Below, in pieces: positions 18,911 to 29,159 of a stretch of 64,000 nt of DNA. The translations under genes were made by a program, and so were the position numbers. The stretch spans positions 25,068-89,067 of the forward strand of contig CBDCCZ010000021.1 of assembly GCA_965215005.1 (NCBI GenBank). Direction: 5' to 3'. Source of the DNA: Kofleriaceae bacterium (GTDB taxonomy: Bacteria; Myxococcota_A; Polyangia; Haliangiales; Haliangiaceae). Below the pieces are notes generated by a model. It saw only the letters and a program-made list of their open reading frames with translations. It did not search any database and had not been told where the DNA came from. Position 1 is the first letter of the stretch. The number at the start of each line of letters is the position of its first letter.

Positions 18911-19993
18911 ATGTCCAATTCCTGGATGATCTATGGCGCCAATGGCTACACCGGAGAGCTCATCGCCGAAGCTGCGGTCAAGGCGGGAGAACGGCCCGTC
19001 TTGGCTGGCCGCCGCGCCGAAGCCATTGCCCCTATCGCAAGCCGACTCGGCCTCGAGCACGTGGTGTTCTCTCTCGATGACCCCGCTGCAATCGACAATG
19101 CGCTGAAAGAGGTCTCTGCGGTGCTGCTCACGGCGGGGCCGTTTTCCCGCACGAGCCGTCCGATGGTCGAAGCGTGCCTGCGCACGGGCACGCATTATCT
19201 CGACATCACCGGTGAAATAAGCGTCTTCGAAGACTGCTTGCAGCGAGATGCCGCGGCCAAGCAGGCCGGCTCAGTCATCATGCCGGGCGTCGGCTTCGAT
19301 GTGGTGCCCTCCGACTGCCTTGCTGCTTCACTCGCTGCTGCGTTGCCGGATGCCGATAGCCTCGAGCTCGCGTTCCGCGGCGTTGGCTCTCCCAGTCAAG
19401 GAACGGCAAAGACGATGCTCGAGACCATGCCTTCTGGCGGCGCGGTTCGCGAGAATGGTGCCATTCGGCAGGTGCCATGGGCATACAAGCGGCGTTCGGT
19501 GCCGTTCCGAGACAAGACCCGCACCGCCACAACCATCCCCTGGGGCGATGTTTCGAGCGCGTATTACTCCACCGCTGTTCCCAACATCGCCGTTTACATG
19601 GCGATGCCCTCGCACGTGATCACGGGTATGAAGATCGCGCGCCCGCTTGCTCCGTTGCTGGCGTTGAAGCCGGTGCAAAAGCTGCTGCGCAACCGCATCG
19701 AAGCGGGTGCACCCGGCCCAGACGAGAACCAACGGCAGCGCGCGAAGAGTCAGCTTTGGGGGCAGGTTAGCGCTCGCGATGGTCGCTCGGTCACCGGCAC
19801 TCTGGTCACACCGGAGGGATATCAACTAACGATAGCGACCGCACTCGAGAGCGCCAAGCGGGTTGCGCGGGGAGACGTGAAGCCAGGTGCCTATACTCCT
19901 TCGATGGCGTTCGGACCGCGTTACATAACGGAGTTCGACGGCTGCGAGCTGCAGCTCGAGCAGCTGTCGGCCGCGGCCAACAGCGCCGCCTAG
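18911..19993 (+). CDS. Saccharopine dehydrogenase-like NAD(P)-binding oxidoreductase
   Basis: IYGANGYTG, LAGR, AGPF, HYLDITGE and GFDVVPSD motifs. Confidence 0.9.
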   Translation: MSNSWMIYGANGYTGELIAEAAVKAGERPVLAGRRAEAIAPIASRLGLEHVVFSLDDPAAIDNALKEVSAVLLTAGPFSRTSRPMVEACLRTGTHYLDITGEISVFEDCLQRDAAAKQAGSVIMPGVGFDVVPSDCLAASLAAALPDADSLELAFRGVGSPSQGTAKTMLETMPSGGAVRENGAIRQVPWAYKRRSVPFRDKTRTATTIPWGDVSSAYYSTAVPNIAVYMAMPSHVITGMKIARPLAPLLALKPVQKLLRNRIEAGAPGPDENQRQRAKSQLWGQVSARDGRSVTGTLVTPEGYQLTIATALESAKRVARGDVKPGAYTPSMAFGPRYITEFDGCELQLEQLSAAANSAA

Positions 19994-20074
19994 ACAGGCC
20001 CGAGCCAGCTGGCATCCGGCCACTCATCACGATGGGGCCCGCTCTGCATATTGAAGTCGAGCTCGGCGCCGAGC

Positions 20075-20413
20075 TCATAGAGTAAACGCGAGATAAACAC
20101 CAACAGCTCCGGCCACGCCTAACAGGTTGGCGACCATGTCGCCGCCGGAGGCGTGATCGCCGGACTGGCGGTTATCGATGACGAGCTCCTTGACGCCCCC
20201 GATGACGAGCGTGGCGGCCGCGCTCGCAGCCGCGGCTTGCCACGGCTCGAGGCCAAGCCGACGGAGAGCCAGACTCCCGGTGAGCGTGAGTCCGTAGCTC
20301 ACTGCCACGTGAGCTTGTTTGTCTTGATCGGCGAGTGAGAAACCGCGGTCGGCGCGCGCCTTCGCCGCAGGAAGACTGCAGGCAACGATGATGAGTACCA
20401 CGATGGTCCGCAC
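20075..20413 (-). CDS. YfiM/VanZ-like small membrane protein
   Basis: DKQAH..VS, GGVKELVID and GDMVANLLG motifs; hydrophobic helices. Confidence 0.7.
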   Translation of the reverse strand: MRTIVVLIIVACSLPAAKARADRGFSLADQDKQAHVAVSYGLTLTGSLALRRLGLEPWQAAAASAAATLVIGGVKELVIDNRQSGDHASGGDMVANLLGVAGAVGVYLAFTL

Positions 20414-20448
20414 CATCAGAGAGTACTCCAAACGCGCGGATCGTTACC

Positions 20449-21873
20449 TCACTCGCCAAATGGATACGTGTCGGGGACGCCTGCCAGCTCGGCGGTCTCT
20501 AGCGGCGTCACCGCACTGGTTTCATCGAGCCAGATGTACTCGTCGAACTGTGCGGGCAGCCGCGCCTCATAATAGTGACTTGCAAGCTCGGTCTCCGGCC
20601 GATAAATCACGCCGATGGCCCGCTGCAGCCGCGGCGTTTCGAATACCCGGCAGGCGTCTGTATTGCCACGGAACCCGACGGTAAAGCGGGCAATGCCGCT
20701 GTCGTGACAAAGCCGCTCATAGCTGCGTTCATGGGACGGACGTATGCGCTTGAGCTGCATCGCGCCTCCCCAGTGACTGGCAGCAGCGACAGTTCCGTGG
20801 TCGGTGCCGAACCCGATCAGATACGCGTCGCGACCGAAGCGCGCGCGGCACAGCTGGCCCACGTTGTGTTCCCCGCGGATAGCCATCTCGGTTGCAGAGG
20901 CGTCTCCGACGTGCGAGTTGTGCTCCCAAACCACGATACGACCCTCGGGCCCGTGGTGAGCGAGGACCGCGTCGATGGTGTCGAACATGTGCTGGTCCCG
21001 CAGATTCCATGAGGGAACCGCGCCGTAGTACATGACTCGATAGTAACGCTCGGCATTCGCCACGAGTCGCGCGTTGGCCACGGCGTCTAGAAATCGGGCT
21101 CCATCACGAGCCGCGTACTGCAGCCGCTTCTCGAGCAAGTCGCCGAGCATCTCGACCACTTCGGGCTCACACTCGCGGTGGCGACCAGTGAGCGCAGCCT
21201 TTCCGTACACCGCGGGATCTTCCTGATAGGGGGTCAAGCAGCCGTAGCGTTCGCGCGCGGTTCGCGCGGCCTCGGGATCGATGTCATCGAGATAGCGCAG
21301 CACCGCCTCTATGGACGTGTACATGCTGTACATATCGAGCCCGTAAACGCCAACCCGGTCGTTAGGGTTACCGACACTTCTGTTGAAGTCACGCAGCCAG
21401 TCAACGAAGTCTCGCACCTCGCGGTTGCGCCACATCCACCGCGGGAAGCGGGAGAACGCCGTCCAGTCCGCCGCCGAAGCGTCGAGATGCCGCACGTAGG
21501 CGTCGATTCGAGCGGCATCTGGCCAATCGGCCTCGATGGCCACCGCGCCGAAGCCCCGCTTGGTGATTAGCTCGCGCGTGAGGTGAGCGCGCATGCGATA
21601 AAACTCGGACGTGCCATGAGTGGCTTCGCCAATGAGGACGAGCCTCGCGTCGCCGATGCGCTCGATGATCGCGGCAACGTCTTGTGTGGGCCCAACGTCC
21701 TCGAGCGGCTCGACCACCTCGGCAACCGGATGCAACGAGCCGCTCGCGGAACCTGCCGCTGACGAGGGAATGGCAGGAGACATTGCTGCCGCTTCGTCAC
21801 CTGCGGACTCCCGTCCCTCGCACAGGTCTTGTCGCTCCACCACCTCTTCGCGCTCTCGTTGTCGGTTCTCCAC
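20449..21873 (-). CDS. Erythromycin esterase family protein
   Basis: GEATHGTSEFY, EADWPDA, FPRWMWRN, WNLRDQHM, WEHNSHVGD, RAIGVIYRP. Start placed at GTG 21873 after GGAGG. Confidence 0.92.
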   Translation of the reverse strand: MENRQREREEVVERQDLCEGRESAGDEAAAMSPAIPSSAAGSASGSLHPVAEVVEPLEDVGPTQDVAAIIERIGDARLVLIGEATHGTSEFYRMRAHLTRELITKRGFGAVAIEADWPDAARIDAYVRHLDASAADWTAFSRFPRWMWRNREVRDFVDWLRDFNRSVGNPNDRVGVYGLDMYSMYTSIEAVLRYLDDIDPEAARTARERYGCLTPYQEDPAVYGKAALTGRHRECEPEVVEMLGDLLEKRLQYAARDGARFLDAVANARLVANAERYYRVMYYGAVPSWNLRDQHMFDTIDAVLAHHGPEGRIVVWEHNSHVGDASATEMAIRGEHNVGQLCRARFGRDAYLIGFGTDHGTVAAASHWGGAMQLKRIRPSHERSYERLCHDSGIARFTVGFRGNTDACRVFETPRLQRAIGVIYRPETELASHYYEARLPAQFDEYIWLDETSAVTPLETAELAGVPDTYPFGE

Positions 21874-21997
21874 GTGGTCCTCCGGGGCTAGAGCGTGTCG
21901 CAACGACACATCGTGACGGGCCCGCACCTGCGCAGCACGTAGCGGTGTGCGTTGTGTTCCGCGGTGCATGCTGCTCGACGTCGCTTGCATCCGTGAT

Positions 21998-22013
21998 TGC
22001 AGATTTCGCACCG
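21998..22013 (-). promoter_or_regulatory. sigma54 promoter candidate (esterase gene)
   Basis: Minus strand CGGTGCGAAATCTGCA = GG-N10-GC. Confidence 0.4.
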
Positions 22014-22036
22014 ACGGGAGGATCCTCAGAGAGCGG

Positions 22037-22052
22037 CGGCGCATCCTTTGCA
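22037..22052 (+). promoter_or_regulatory. sigma54 promoter candidate (CBS gene)
   Basis: CGGCGCATCCTTTGCA = GG-N10-GC with TTGCA. Confidence 0.6.
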
Positions 22053-22091
22053 GAAACGGCCACCTACGTACCGATCACAAAGGAGACAATC

Positions 22092-22511
22092 ATGAGTCAA
22101 CGCGTCAAAGAAGTGATGACCAAGAATCCATTCACCTTGCCTGCCACGTCGTCGGCGACCGAGGCGGCCAAGGCCATGCGCGACAACGATATCGGCAATG
22201 TCCTGGTCGAGGAAAACGGGAAGATCTGCGGACTGCTCACGGACCGCGATATCGTCGTTCGTAGCGTTGCGGAAGGGAAAGACCCCGCGCGAACTCAGCT
22301 TGGCAGTATCTGCAGTCGCGACCTCACCTCGCTCTCTCCGGATGACGATGTGGACAACGCTGTGGAGTTGATGCGCAAGAAGGCGATTCGGCGCATTCCC
22401 GTCATCGAGAACGGCAAGCCGGTGGGAATCTTGGCGCTAGGCGACTTGGCCATCGAACGGGACCGCAGGTCCGCTCTCGGCGGCATCAGCGAGGCCCGCC
22501 CCAATCACTAG
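22092..22511 (+). CDS. CBS-pair domain protein
   Basis: SD AAGGAG; VKEVMT..AAKAM..IG..GLLTDRDIV..IRRIPV..GIL.LGDL. Confidence 0.92.
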   Translation: MSQRVKEVMTKNPFTLPATSSATEAAKAMRDNDIGNVLVEENGKICGLLTDRDIVVRSVAEGKDPARTQLGSICSRDLTSLSPDDDVDNAVELMRKKAIRRIPVIENGKPVGILALGDLAIERDRRSALGGISEARPNH

Positions 22512-22564
22512 AACGCGACCTCATCCCAAATGAGAACGTCACGTGGCACGGCTGAAGAGGGTTT

Positions 22565-22897
22565 ATGTCGACTGAGCAAACACAAGAGAGTTGGTGCTCC
22601 CTCTGCCGTCGATTCGCGGAGCGTCACCGAGGCGAGCGGATCACGGTCGACACGACAGCAGCCGACGAGTGGCGCGCCGTGCTCGACCGGGCCCCGCTGC
22701 GGGAGCTCACCTTCGACCCGGAGTTGGGGATGGTGGTAACCGTTGGTGTCACCGCGCCTGGCCGCCAGCTTCGGGTCGCTCGACCTACTTCTATCGCTTG
22801 GCTCGACTCAACGGATGGTCAAAGCACGCTGCTCATTCAAGACGAAATCTATGGGAAGTTCCGTGTCCGGTGCGGAGCGACCTCGCGTCTACATTGA
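22565..22897 (+). CDS. Hypothetical protein (DUF5335-like)
   Basis: W......F...HRG..ITV...PL..LTFD pattern; follows the CBS gene; GAGG upstream. Confidence 0.55.
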   Translation: MSTEQTQESWCSLCRRFAERHRGERITVDTTAADEWRAVLDRAPLRELTFDPELGMVVTVGVTAPGRQLRVARPTSIAWLDSTDGQSTLLIQDEIYGKFRVRCGATSRLH

Positions 22898-22903
22898 ATT
22901 GGC

Positions 22904-25243
22904 TCACGGCGCAAAGCTGTAGCGAGCGTACGCAAATATTGAACGTCCGGGCTGCGGATATGGGAAGACGACGCTACCACCTTGTTCATAACGGTGATCG
23001 AGTACGTTATTGACAGTGAGGCGTGCGCCAAGGCCAGGCGTGATGACGTCGCGGATATCGATGGTCGCGGTGATTAGCCAATAGTCGTCGAGCTCGTAGT
23101 TCTGATCGCTGAAGGGCATCACAGTGCCATCGGGGCTCATTCTGAAGGTTGGGCCGATGGGAGCCAGCTGGGGCCCGACGTAGCGGGTTACGAGTCCTAA
23201 CGTCAGGTTGTCGTAGATGGTGGGAAGTGGCTGACCACTCAGGATGAGGTTGGCGACGAAGCTCGGAACGTTGTTGATTCGGCCGCTGCTTTCGTCGGCG
23301 CCAAAGTCTTGGGCGTCGATCGCTCGTTGGTACGTGGCATTGGCGCGGGCGCGATAGTGTGCGCGCAAATAAGCGATTTCGCTCTCGACGCCGAGGCTCT
23401 TGAGACTGCCGGCGTTCTCGTAATTAGGTTCCCCTGCCTGCGCGTCTAGGTTGCGGAATACGAAGTCAAAGACGTGATTGTAGAAAAACGTCGAGCTCGC
23501 TTGGAAGAGTCCACCCGCGAGTCGAAGGGTGGGTGTCGCTTGCACCGACCGCAGATGCTCTGGCGTGAGCGACTCTGAGCCCTGGTAGCTAGCGAGAGAA
23601 TTGTATCGATACCAGTACGGCGCATCGACGAACGACTCGGCGTACGAAAGCTTGACGTCTACCTCGTCGCTGGGAGTCCAAACTGCGGCCAAGCGCGGGC
23701 TGAAGTCCAGCAGCAGCTCGCCGCGCAGACGGTCCTTGGCGTCGACCCGAGCGCCGAGGTTGAGGAGAACCTGATCACTGAAGCGGTGCTTGACCTGGCC
23801 GAAGGCCGAGTACACCGTCTCACTGCCGCGCTCCAGGAGCGGCGAGGCATCGTTATCGGCTGCGGCGGTCCACTCCCCGTCGGTACCAACCAAGAAGATG
23901 CTGTCGTAGAGGGTCATGCGGTCGACTTGGGCGCCAGCCGTGAAGTTGCCCGATCCTAAGGCGGCCGCCGGGTATGAGATGGTGGCTTGAGCGATGCCTC
24001 CGTAGGCGTAGTCGTTCCACGAGACCAAGCCATAGCTCCTCATGGCCGGGTCGGTGACGATGAGGGTTGTGAGATCGTTTTGATCCACGTAGGCGCGGGA
24101 CTCGACATTGACGAAACTGGCCAACGATCGGTTCCACATCAGCTCGAGGTGGCGCGAGGACGAGGTGAGGCCGGGGCCGTGCCCCTGAAAGGTGCGGTAG
24201 TCGTCGTAGTCGTAGGCCTCGCCGGTGATGCCGCCGCCAGAGAAAGGCTCGATGAGCTTGCCGCGGCGGACGTTTCCGAACAGCGTGAGCTGACCCAGCT
24301 GATATTTCGCTCCAACATCGTACGCCCCCGGATCGCGCACGCCGCCGACTACTGCAGAGCCACCTTGAGGCACGTCGGAATAGTCGTTGGCCGGGGAGAT
24401 TGCGACCTCCTGCCCGTGCGCAAAGAAGAAGCTGCCCCACGCGAGCACGTCATGGTCTTGGCCGAAAGACTCGCCAAAGGTGAAGTTCGCGGTGCGACCG
24501 GCGGCGAGCGGTTGGCCACTCGAGCGCACCGGGCTCGCATCTCCCGAGCCCCAATAATCGCCACCGCCAACTTCTACCGTGGCACCGTCGAGATCAGCAC
24601 CGTCCCGGGTGATCACGTTTACCACCGCCGTGAGGGCAACGTTGCCGTAGAGCGATGAACCAGGTCCGCGCAGAACCTCGATCTGCTTCACCTTGGAGAC
24701 GCCGATGCCAATGCTGTGGTCGACGTCGCCCATGGAATAGGCGCGAGAGTTGATACGATGGCCATCGACCATCACGAGGATCTTTTGCTGTGAGGAGGCA
24801 TAGATCCCGCGCATGGCGACGTTCATTTCATTGTGATCGGCCACGTTAGTCATACCCGGCACGAAGATGACCAACGCTTCTTGTAACGTCTGCGCGCCGC
24901 TAGCTTGAATCATGTCGGGGGTGATAACGGTGACCGGCACAGGAGAATCACGGACCGACTCTTCGAGTAGAGAAGCGGTCACGACGCGCACGTTAACCAG
25001 CTCTGACAGAGACATCTCGGCGTAGGTCGACTCGACGAGTACGTCGCCATACACCTCGTCATCCGCCGCGACCGTGGTCTCCACGGATGGGTCCGTCGCG
25101 GTGTTGGAAGGCGGCAGCGTCGTGTCGACAGTTGCCTCGGTAGAGACCTCGGCCTGCTCTGCGTTGGCTTGCGCGAGCGCCGATCCGGTCGTCGCTGTGA
25201 GCGAGAGGAATAATGTTCCTGCGAAAGCGCAAATGAATCGCAT
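22904..25243 (-). CDS. TonB-dependent receptor
   Basis: Signal peptide; plug motifs VTAS..PVPVTVIT and IEVLRGPGSSLYG; C-terminal NNVLD.RY...GR......YSF. Confidence 0.93.
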   Translation of the reverse strand: MRFICAFAGTLFLSLTATTGSALAQANAEQAEVSTEATVDTTLPPSNTATDPSVETTVAADDEVYGDVLVESTYAEMSLSELVNVRVVTASLLEESVRDSPVPVTVITPDMIQASGAQTLQEALVIFVPGMTNVADHNEMNVAMRGIYASSQQKILVMVDGHRINSRAYSMGDVDHSIGIGVSKVKQIEVLRGPGSSLYGNVALTAVVNVITRDGADLDGATVEVGGGDYWGSGDASPVRSSGQPLAAGRTANFTFGESFGQDHDVLAWGSFFFAHGQEVAISPANDYSDVPQGGSAVVGGVRDPGAYDVGAKYQLGQLTLFGNVRRGKLIEPFSGGGITGEAYDYDDYRTFQGHGPGLTSSSRHLELMWNRSLASFVNVESRAYVDQNDLTTLIVTDPAMRSYGLVSWNDYAYGGIAQATISYPAAALGSGNFTAGAQVDRMTLYDSIFLVGTDGEWTAAADNDASPLLERGSETVYSAFGQVKHRFSDQVLLNLGARVDAKDRLRGELLLDFSPRLAAVWTPSDEVDVKLSYAESFVDAPYWYRYNSLASYQGSESLTPEHLRSVQATPTLRLAGGLFQASSTFFYNHVFDFVFRNLDAQAGEPNYENAGSLKSLGVESEIAYLRAHYRARANATYQRAIDAQDFGADESSGRINNVPSFVANLILSGQPLPTIYDNLTLGLVTRYVGPQLAPIGPTFRMSPDGTVMPFSDQNYELDDYWLITATIDIRDVITPGLGARLTVNNVLDHRYEQGGSVVFPYPQPGRSIFAYARYSFAP

Positions 25244-25695
25244 GCTCTCCCCTGTGCGGTTGTTATCCGCGCCCGTATCGACGCGACGTGGTGCGCTCGC
25301 GCCTGCGGTCCCCTTCATGAGGTAGACGAAAGCGATCGCGCAGGTCAATTCAGAAATGGCCTATACGTGAGGTCGGTGCAGTTTGCAGTGCAATTGTCGC
25401 GGGCTCGCCAGCAGAGTCGCTGCGTCTTCCGCGCTCGGCTCTTTCACTCTCAGCGGAGGCACAGTGTAAAGGTGCAGTCGTAGCGGGCAGCAAAGAAACC
25501 TACGTTCGTGCCGCGTTCGACGAGCCTTATCGTAAAGGCAAACGCTTTACTTCACGGAAAGCAGCGTGCTCGAGCGACGGTGGTAGGACCGCAACGATGA
25601 GCAGCAACGGCGATGGTGCTGTAGACGCTCGCCAAGGCCCTCCGTATACTTCGCATTCTTGCGCGCATGAGCTCGAGAGCCAGCTGGGAGGCCGG

Positions 25696-28209
25696 ATGAA
25701 ACTAACAAGCGCACGAGGAACGCTCTGGTCATTGGTGCTCGTGAGCTTTCTCGCCGCGACAATTTCTTCCAGAGCTGCCAATGCGCAGCTCGACGGCATG
25801 AGCGTCCTGCTCCTCGAGGCGGAGGATGCGTATTCGAGCGGCGACTTAGAGAACGCCGCATCGCTTTATGAGCAAGCGATTCAAAAGTACGGCGCGCAGG
25901 TCGGGGCACCGGCGTTTGCGAAACGCGCGTCGATCTTTCTCCTGCGCAAACGTTACAGCGAAGGCGTTGAATGGATCGATCGCGTCGCGTTGACGCACCA
26001 CCCGCGCAGCGCGCTGGTTCTCGAGCAGAAAGCGTTGCTGCTGCACGGGATGCCGGGCGGGCGCGCAGAGGCCGTGACTGTGGCCGAGCAGGTCGTGGAA
26101 TCACAGGACTCAGCGTTCGGACTCCATCTCATGATTGGAAACTACTACGCGAGCGGCGAGAAGCGCGCGCCCCAGCGAGCTGCGGCGGCGTACCGCGCCT
26201 TTCTCGCCAAACGGCCAGCCTCGTACGCCAAGCTCGATCAACAGGTGAATGCGGGCCTGGGGAGCGTGTTGCTGCAGAGCGAAGAGCCCGCGGCCGCGCT
26301 CGCTGCATTCGATCGCGCCATTGCGCTCTCTGGACCGGTGGAGGTGCGGCAGCTGGCGATCGCCGGGCGGTGTTCGGCGCTGGTCGAGCTCGGCCAGTAT
26401 CTCGACGCCAACCGAACCTGCTCAGAGGCAGTGGCCAATGAAAAGGCCCGCGGCAACATCGTCTCGCAGAGTCATCTCGACCTAGCCACCGCGTTGCTGC
26501 GACTACAGCGCACCGAGCAGTCGGCAAAGCTGGTGGCTTCGGTCCTCGAGCACGCGCCGCGAGATGTCGAAGCGAACCTGCTCATGGGAGATGTCCTGTG
26601 GGCGCAGAAGCGGTTCGATCGAGCGGAAACGCAATTTCAAAAGACCAAGCAGCTCGAACGCGCTGATGGTCGTGCGAGGTTACGGCTCGCGTTCCTGTAT
26701 CTGAATGGGCCCGAGCGCCGACCGAACAAAGTCATCGCCGAGCTCGAAGCGCCGGTGCGTCGAGGGACGGCGGAGCCGATGGCGGCGTATCTGCTGGCGC
26801 GTGCTCATCATCTAGAAGGTCGTCCCGAACGAGCGATTGAGGTGCTGAGCGACTCTGAGCGGCTACTGAGTGAGCGCGCCGACCTGGCGCCCTACGTCGC
26901 TGCGCTGCGCGCCGATGCGATGTTGCGCAAAGATGCCGGGCTGGCTGCCGAAGCGTTAGAAGGATATCGAGCGGCGCTGGCGAGCGCGCCCAATCATCGG
27001 CGCGCGAGGCGCGGCGAGCTGCGCGCGCTCAACCTGTTGGCGGCGCAGGCCTTGCGCGCGGGGCAGCTCGAGCGCGCCGAGGGATACTTGCGAGCAGCAC
27101 TCGAGCGGCAGCCAAAGCATGTTTGGTCGCTTTCCAACCTCGGTATCGTGCTGCTCGAAGCTAAGCGGTATCCAGAGGCGATCGCACCGCTACAGCGGGC
27201 GGTGCGACTTCGGCCGCAGCGCCCGCTCGCACGCCGGCTGCTAGCGCAAGCTTTGGCGCGAGTGGACAAGCTAGAGGCCGCAGCCGAGCAATATGCCGAA
27301 GCCAGTGCGCTCGCTGAGCGCGGCAAAAATCAGGCGTTGCGCAAGGAGATCGAGGTCGAGTGGGGCAGCGTAGCACTGCGTCTGGGCCAGTTTGATTTAG
27401 CAGCAAAAAGCCTCGAGCGTGCGCTCTCGCTCAGCGGACGCGAAGAGCTCGACGAGCTGGCGCGGCCAATGCTAGACATCGCGCGCTGTCGCCGCGGCTA
27501 TAGCGCGCTGCTCGCTCGCCAGTGGTCAGCAGCGAGCGCAGATCTTCGCGCTGTGAATGCCGCAAAGAGTGCGTTGCCGCAGGAGATGGTGGTTCCGTGC
27601 AAGTTCGCTCTCGGGCTAGCGTTGGTTTATACGAGCAGCGACGAGGCGGCGTATCGGGTCTTCGTTGAGCTCCTCGACAACCCAGGGCCATGGCTCGCCG
27701 ATGAGTATCGCAACGGCGGCGAGGCGGCGCTGCTGGCCTACGCGCAGTATCGCCAGGGCAGCTCAAGTGCGTATCGCGCAGCCGAGCGCCTTGCTCGCCG
27801 CTGGATCGACCGTGCGAGCGGTGCACCGAAGGCGGAGCTTCGGGCGGTACTCCGGGCCAGTCTCGAGCAAATGGGCTACGCAGCCGTTGGCCGCCGGCCG
27901 GCTGAAGCGCAGGGGCACTGGCAAGCAGCGCGGCGTTACGCCGATGGTGAAGATCAAGCGCGCATCGAGTGCAACCTCGCGGTGCTCGACCTAGTCCGTG
28001 GCCGTGTCGGGCCTGCGCGCCAGCGGCTGCGCGAGCTCGGCTCAACGCCACCTGAAGCACTGGTCAACCTCGGCTTGCTCTTCGAACGCGCCGGTGATTT
28101 TGCGAAGGCCTATCAGCTGTGGAGTCGGGCGGTGAAGGGCGGGGTGCGCGACAAAGAGCTGTTGCGCTGGGTTCAAGCCAAAGAAGAACTCTTCGGATTT
28201 GGTGAATGA
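25696..28209 (+). CDS. Large exported TPR-repeat protein
   Basis: SD GGGAGG; signal peptide; many TPR-like repeats (LSNLGIVL, ALVNLGLL). Confidence 0.85.
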   Translation: MKLTSARGTLWSLVLVSFLAATISSRAANAQLDGMSVLLLEAEDAYSSGDLENAASLYEQAIQKYGAQVGAPAFAKRASIFLLRKRYSEGVEWIDRVALTHHPRSALVLEQKALLLHGMPGGRAEAVTVAEQVVESQDSAFGLHLMIGNYYASGEKRAPQRAAAAYRAFLAKRPASYAKLDQQVNAGLGSVLLQSEEPAAALAAFDRAIALSGPVEVRQLAIAGRCSALVELGQYLDANRTCSEAVANEKARGNIVSQSHLDLATALLRLQRTEQSAKLVASVLEHAPRDVEANLLMGDVLWAQKRFDRAETQFQKTKQLERADGRARLRLAFLYLNGPERRPNKVIAELEAPVRRGTAEPMAAYLLARAHHLEGRPERAIEVLSDSERLLSERADLAPYVAALRADAMLRKDAGLAAEALEGYRAALASAPNHRRARRGELRALNLLAAQALRAGQLERAEGYLRAALERQPKHVWSLSNLGIVLLEAKRYPEAIAPLQRAVRLRPQRPLARRLLAQALARVDKLEAAAEQYAEASALAERGKNQALRKEIEVEWGSVALRLGQFDLAAKSLERALSLSGREELDELARPMLDIARCRRGYSALLARQWSAASADLRAVNAAKSALPQEMVVPCKFALGLALVYTSSDEAAYRVFVELLDNPGPWLADEYRNGGEAALLAYAQYRQGSSSAYRAAERLARRWIDRASGAPKAELRAVLRASLEQMGYAAVGRRPAEAQGHWQAARRYADGEDQARIECNLAVLDLVRGRVGPARQRLRELGSTPPEALVNLGLLFERAGDFAKAYQLWSRAVKGGVRDKELLRWVQAKEELFGFGE

Positions 28210-29096
28210 TTATGAAGCAGGTGTGGCTATCGCTCACGTTCGTCATCGTCATTGCCTTCGCGGGCGCTGCCGGTGCGCAAGAAACCTCGCCGCGTCTCAC
28301 CATCGGCTTATATGCGCCGGTGATTGGATTTCGCACCGCGGCAGAGCGACTCCAGTACGTGCAGGGGTTGGCTGCCGAAATCGAGAAGGCCACCGGAGTG
28401 CCGACGACGGGCAAGTCGTTCGCGCGCTTCTCGGATCTGTTGCGCGAGCGACCGCACTTCGCCATCGTCGACGGCGTCTGTGCCACGACGCGCTCGCTTG
28501 GGACGGTGCTTCTGAGCGCCGCAATCGACGGAGAGACGGAAGAGTCTTGGGGACTGTTTTCAACACAGGTACAGAGTTTTCAGGAGCTAGAGGGCCAAAA
28601 GATCGCCTCGGTTGGGCGCGGCTGTGCGGATATGGCGTTTCTGGCGCACGCCATGCTGCGCAGCGAAGTGCCGTTGAGCTTCTTTGCTGGCGTAGTTCGC
28701 AAGCCGACGATCGATGGTGCCGTGGCTGCGGTCGCGTCTTATAAAGAAGCCGCTGCGGTCTTCGCCCCCGAGCGCCTTGGCCGCGGCATGCGCCGTCTCT
28801 TCATCGCCGGCGCCGTGCCGACTCCAGTGCTCATTCAGATGTCGCGCCGAGTCGGTGACGTTGCGCCGAAGGTCGCGCGGGTGGTTTCTGCTTCGCAGCT
28901 CGGTCGGGCAAGTGGCTGGCGTACGCCCGGGCCACTGATGGGCTCGTTCGCGGATCGCCTCAAGCGGCGCACCAAGAGCGTGCTTTGGGTTCGGCCCAAG
29001 CGCGAGTATCTAAACTTCGGCGACTTGATCATCTTCCCCGGCTTCGACGCGAAGTTCGTCAGCGTCAGTCATCTGTTCGAGGAGCCGCCTCGGTAG
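28206..29096 (+). CDS. Exported protein, possibly periplasmic binding protein type 2 (PhnD-like)
   Basis: Signal peptide; LAAEIEKATG, FAIVD, ELEGQKIA, VPTPVL patterns; ATGA overlap with the TPR gene. Confidence 0.55.
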   Translation: MIMKQVWLSLTFVIVIAFAGAAGAQETSPRLTIGLYAPVIGFRTAAERLQYVQGLAAEIEKATGVPTTGKSFARFSDLLRERPHFAIVDGVCATTRSLGTVLLSAAIDGETEESWGLFSTQVQSFQELEGQKIASVGRGCADMAFLAHAMLRSEVPLSFFAGVVRKPTIDGAVAAVASYKEAAAVFAPERLGRGMRRLFIAGAVPTPVLIQMSRRVGDVAPKVARVVSASQLGRASGWRTPGPLMGSFADRLKRRTKSVLWVRPKREYLNFGDLIIFPGFDAKFVSVSHLFEEPPR

Positions 29097-29159
29097 CGGC
29101 AGGTCGCGCGGCCAAAGCTATCTCAGTACATATTTTCGTTGGAGAGCATTATCCTCGTG

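Noticed and set aside
20449..21873. Macrolide resistance gene
   Set aside because: Membership of the broad erythromycin-esterase family does not imply resistance, and there is no mobile context.
25349..25596. Cobalamin or c-di-GMP riboswitch near the TonB receptor (GGCAAAC-containing hairpin)
   Set aside because: The remaining conserved elements are not visible; an Infernal/Rfam scan would settle it.
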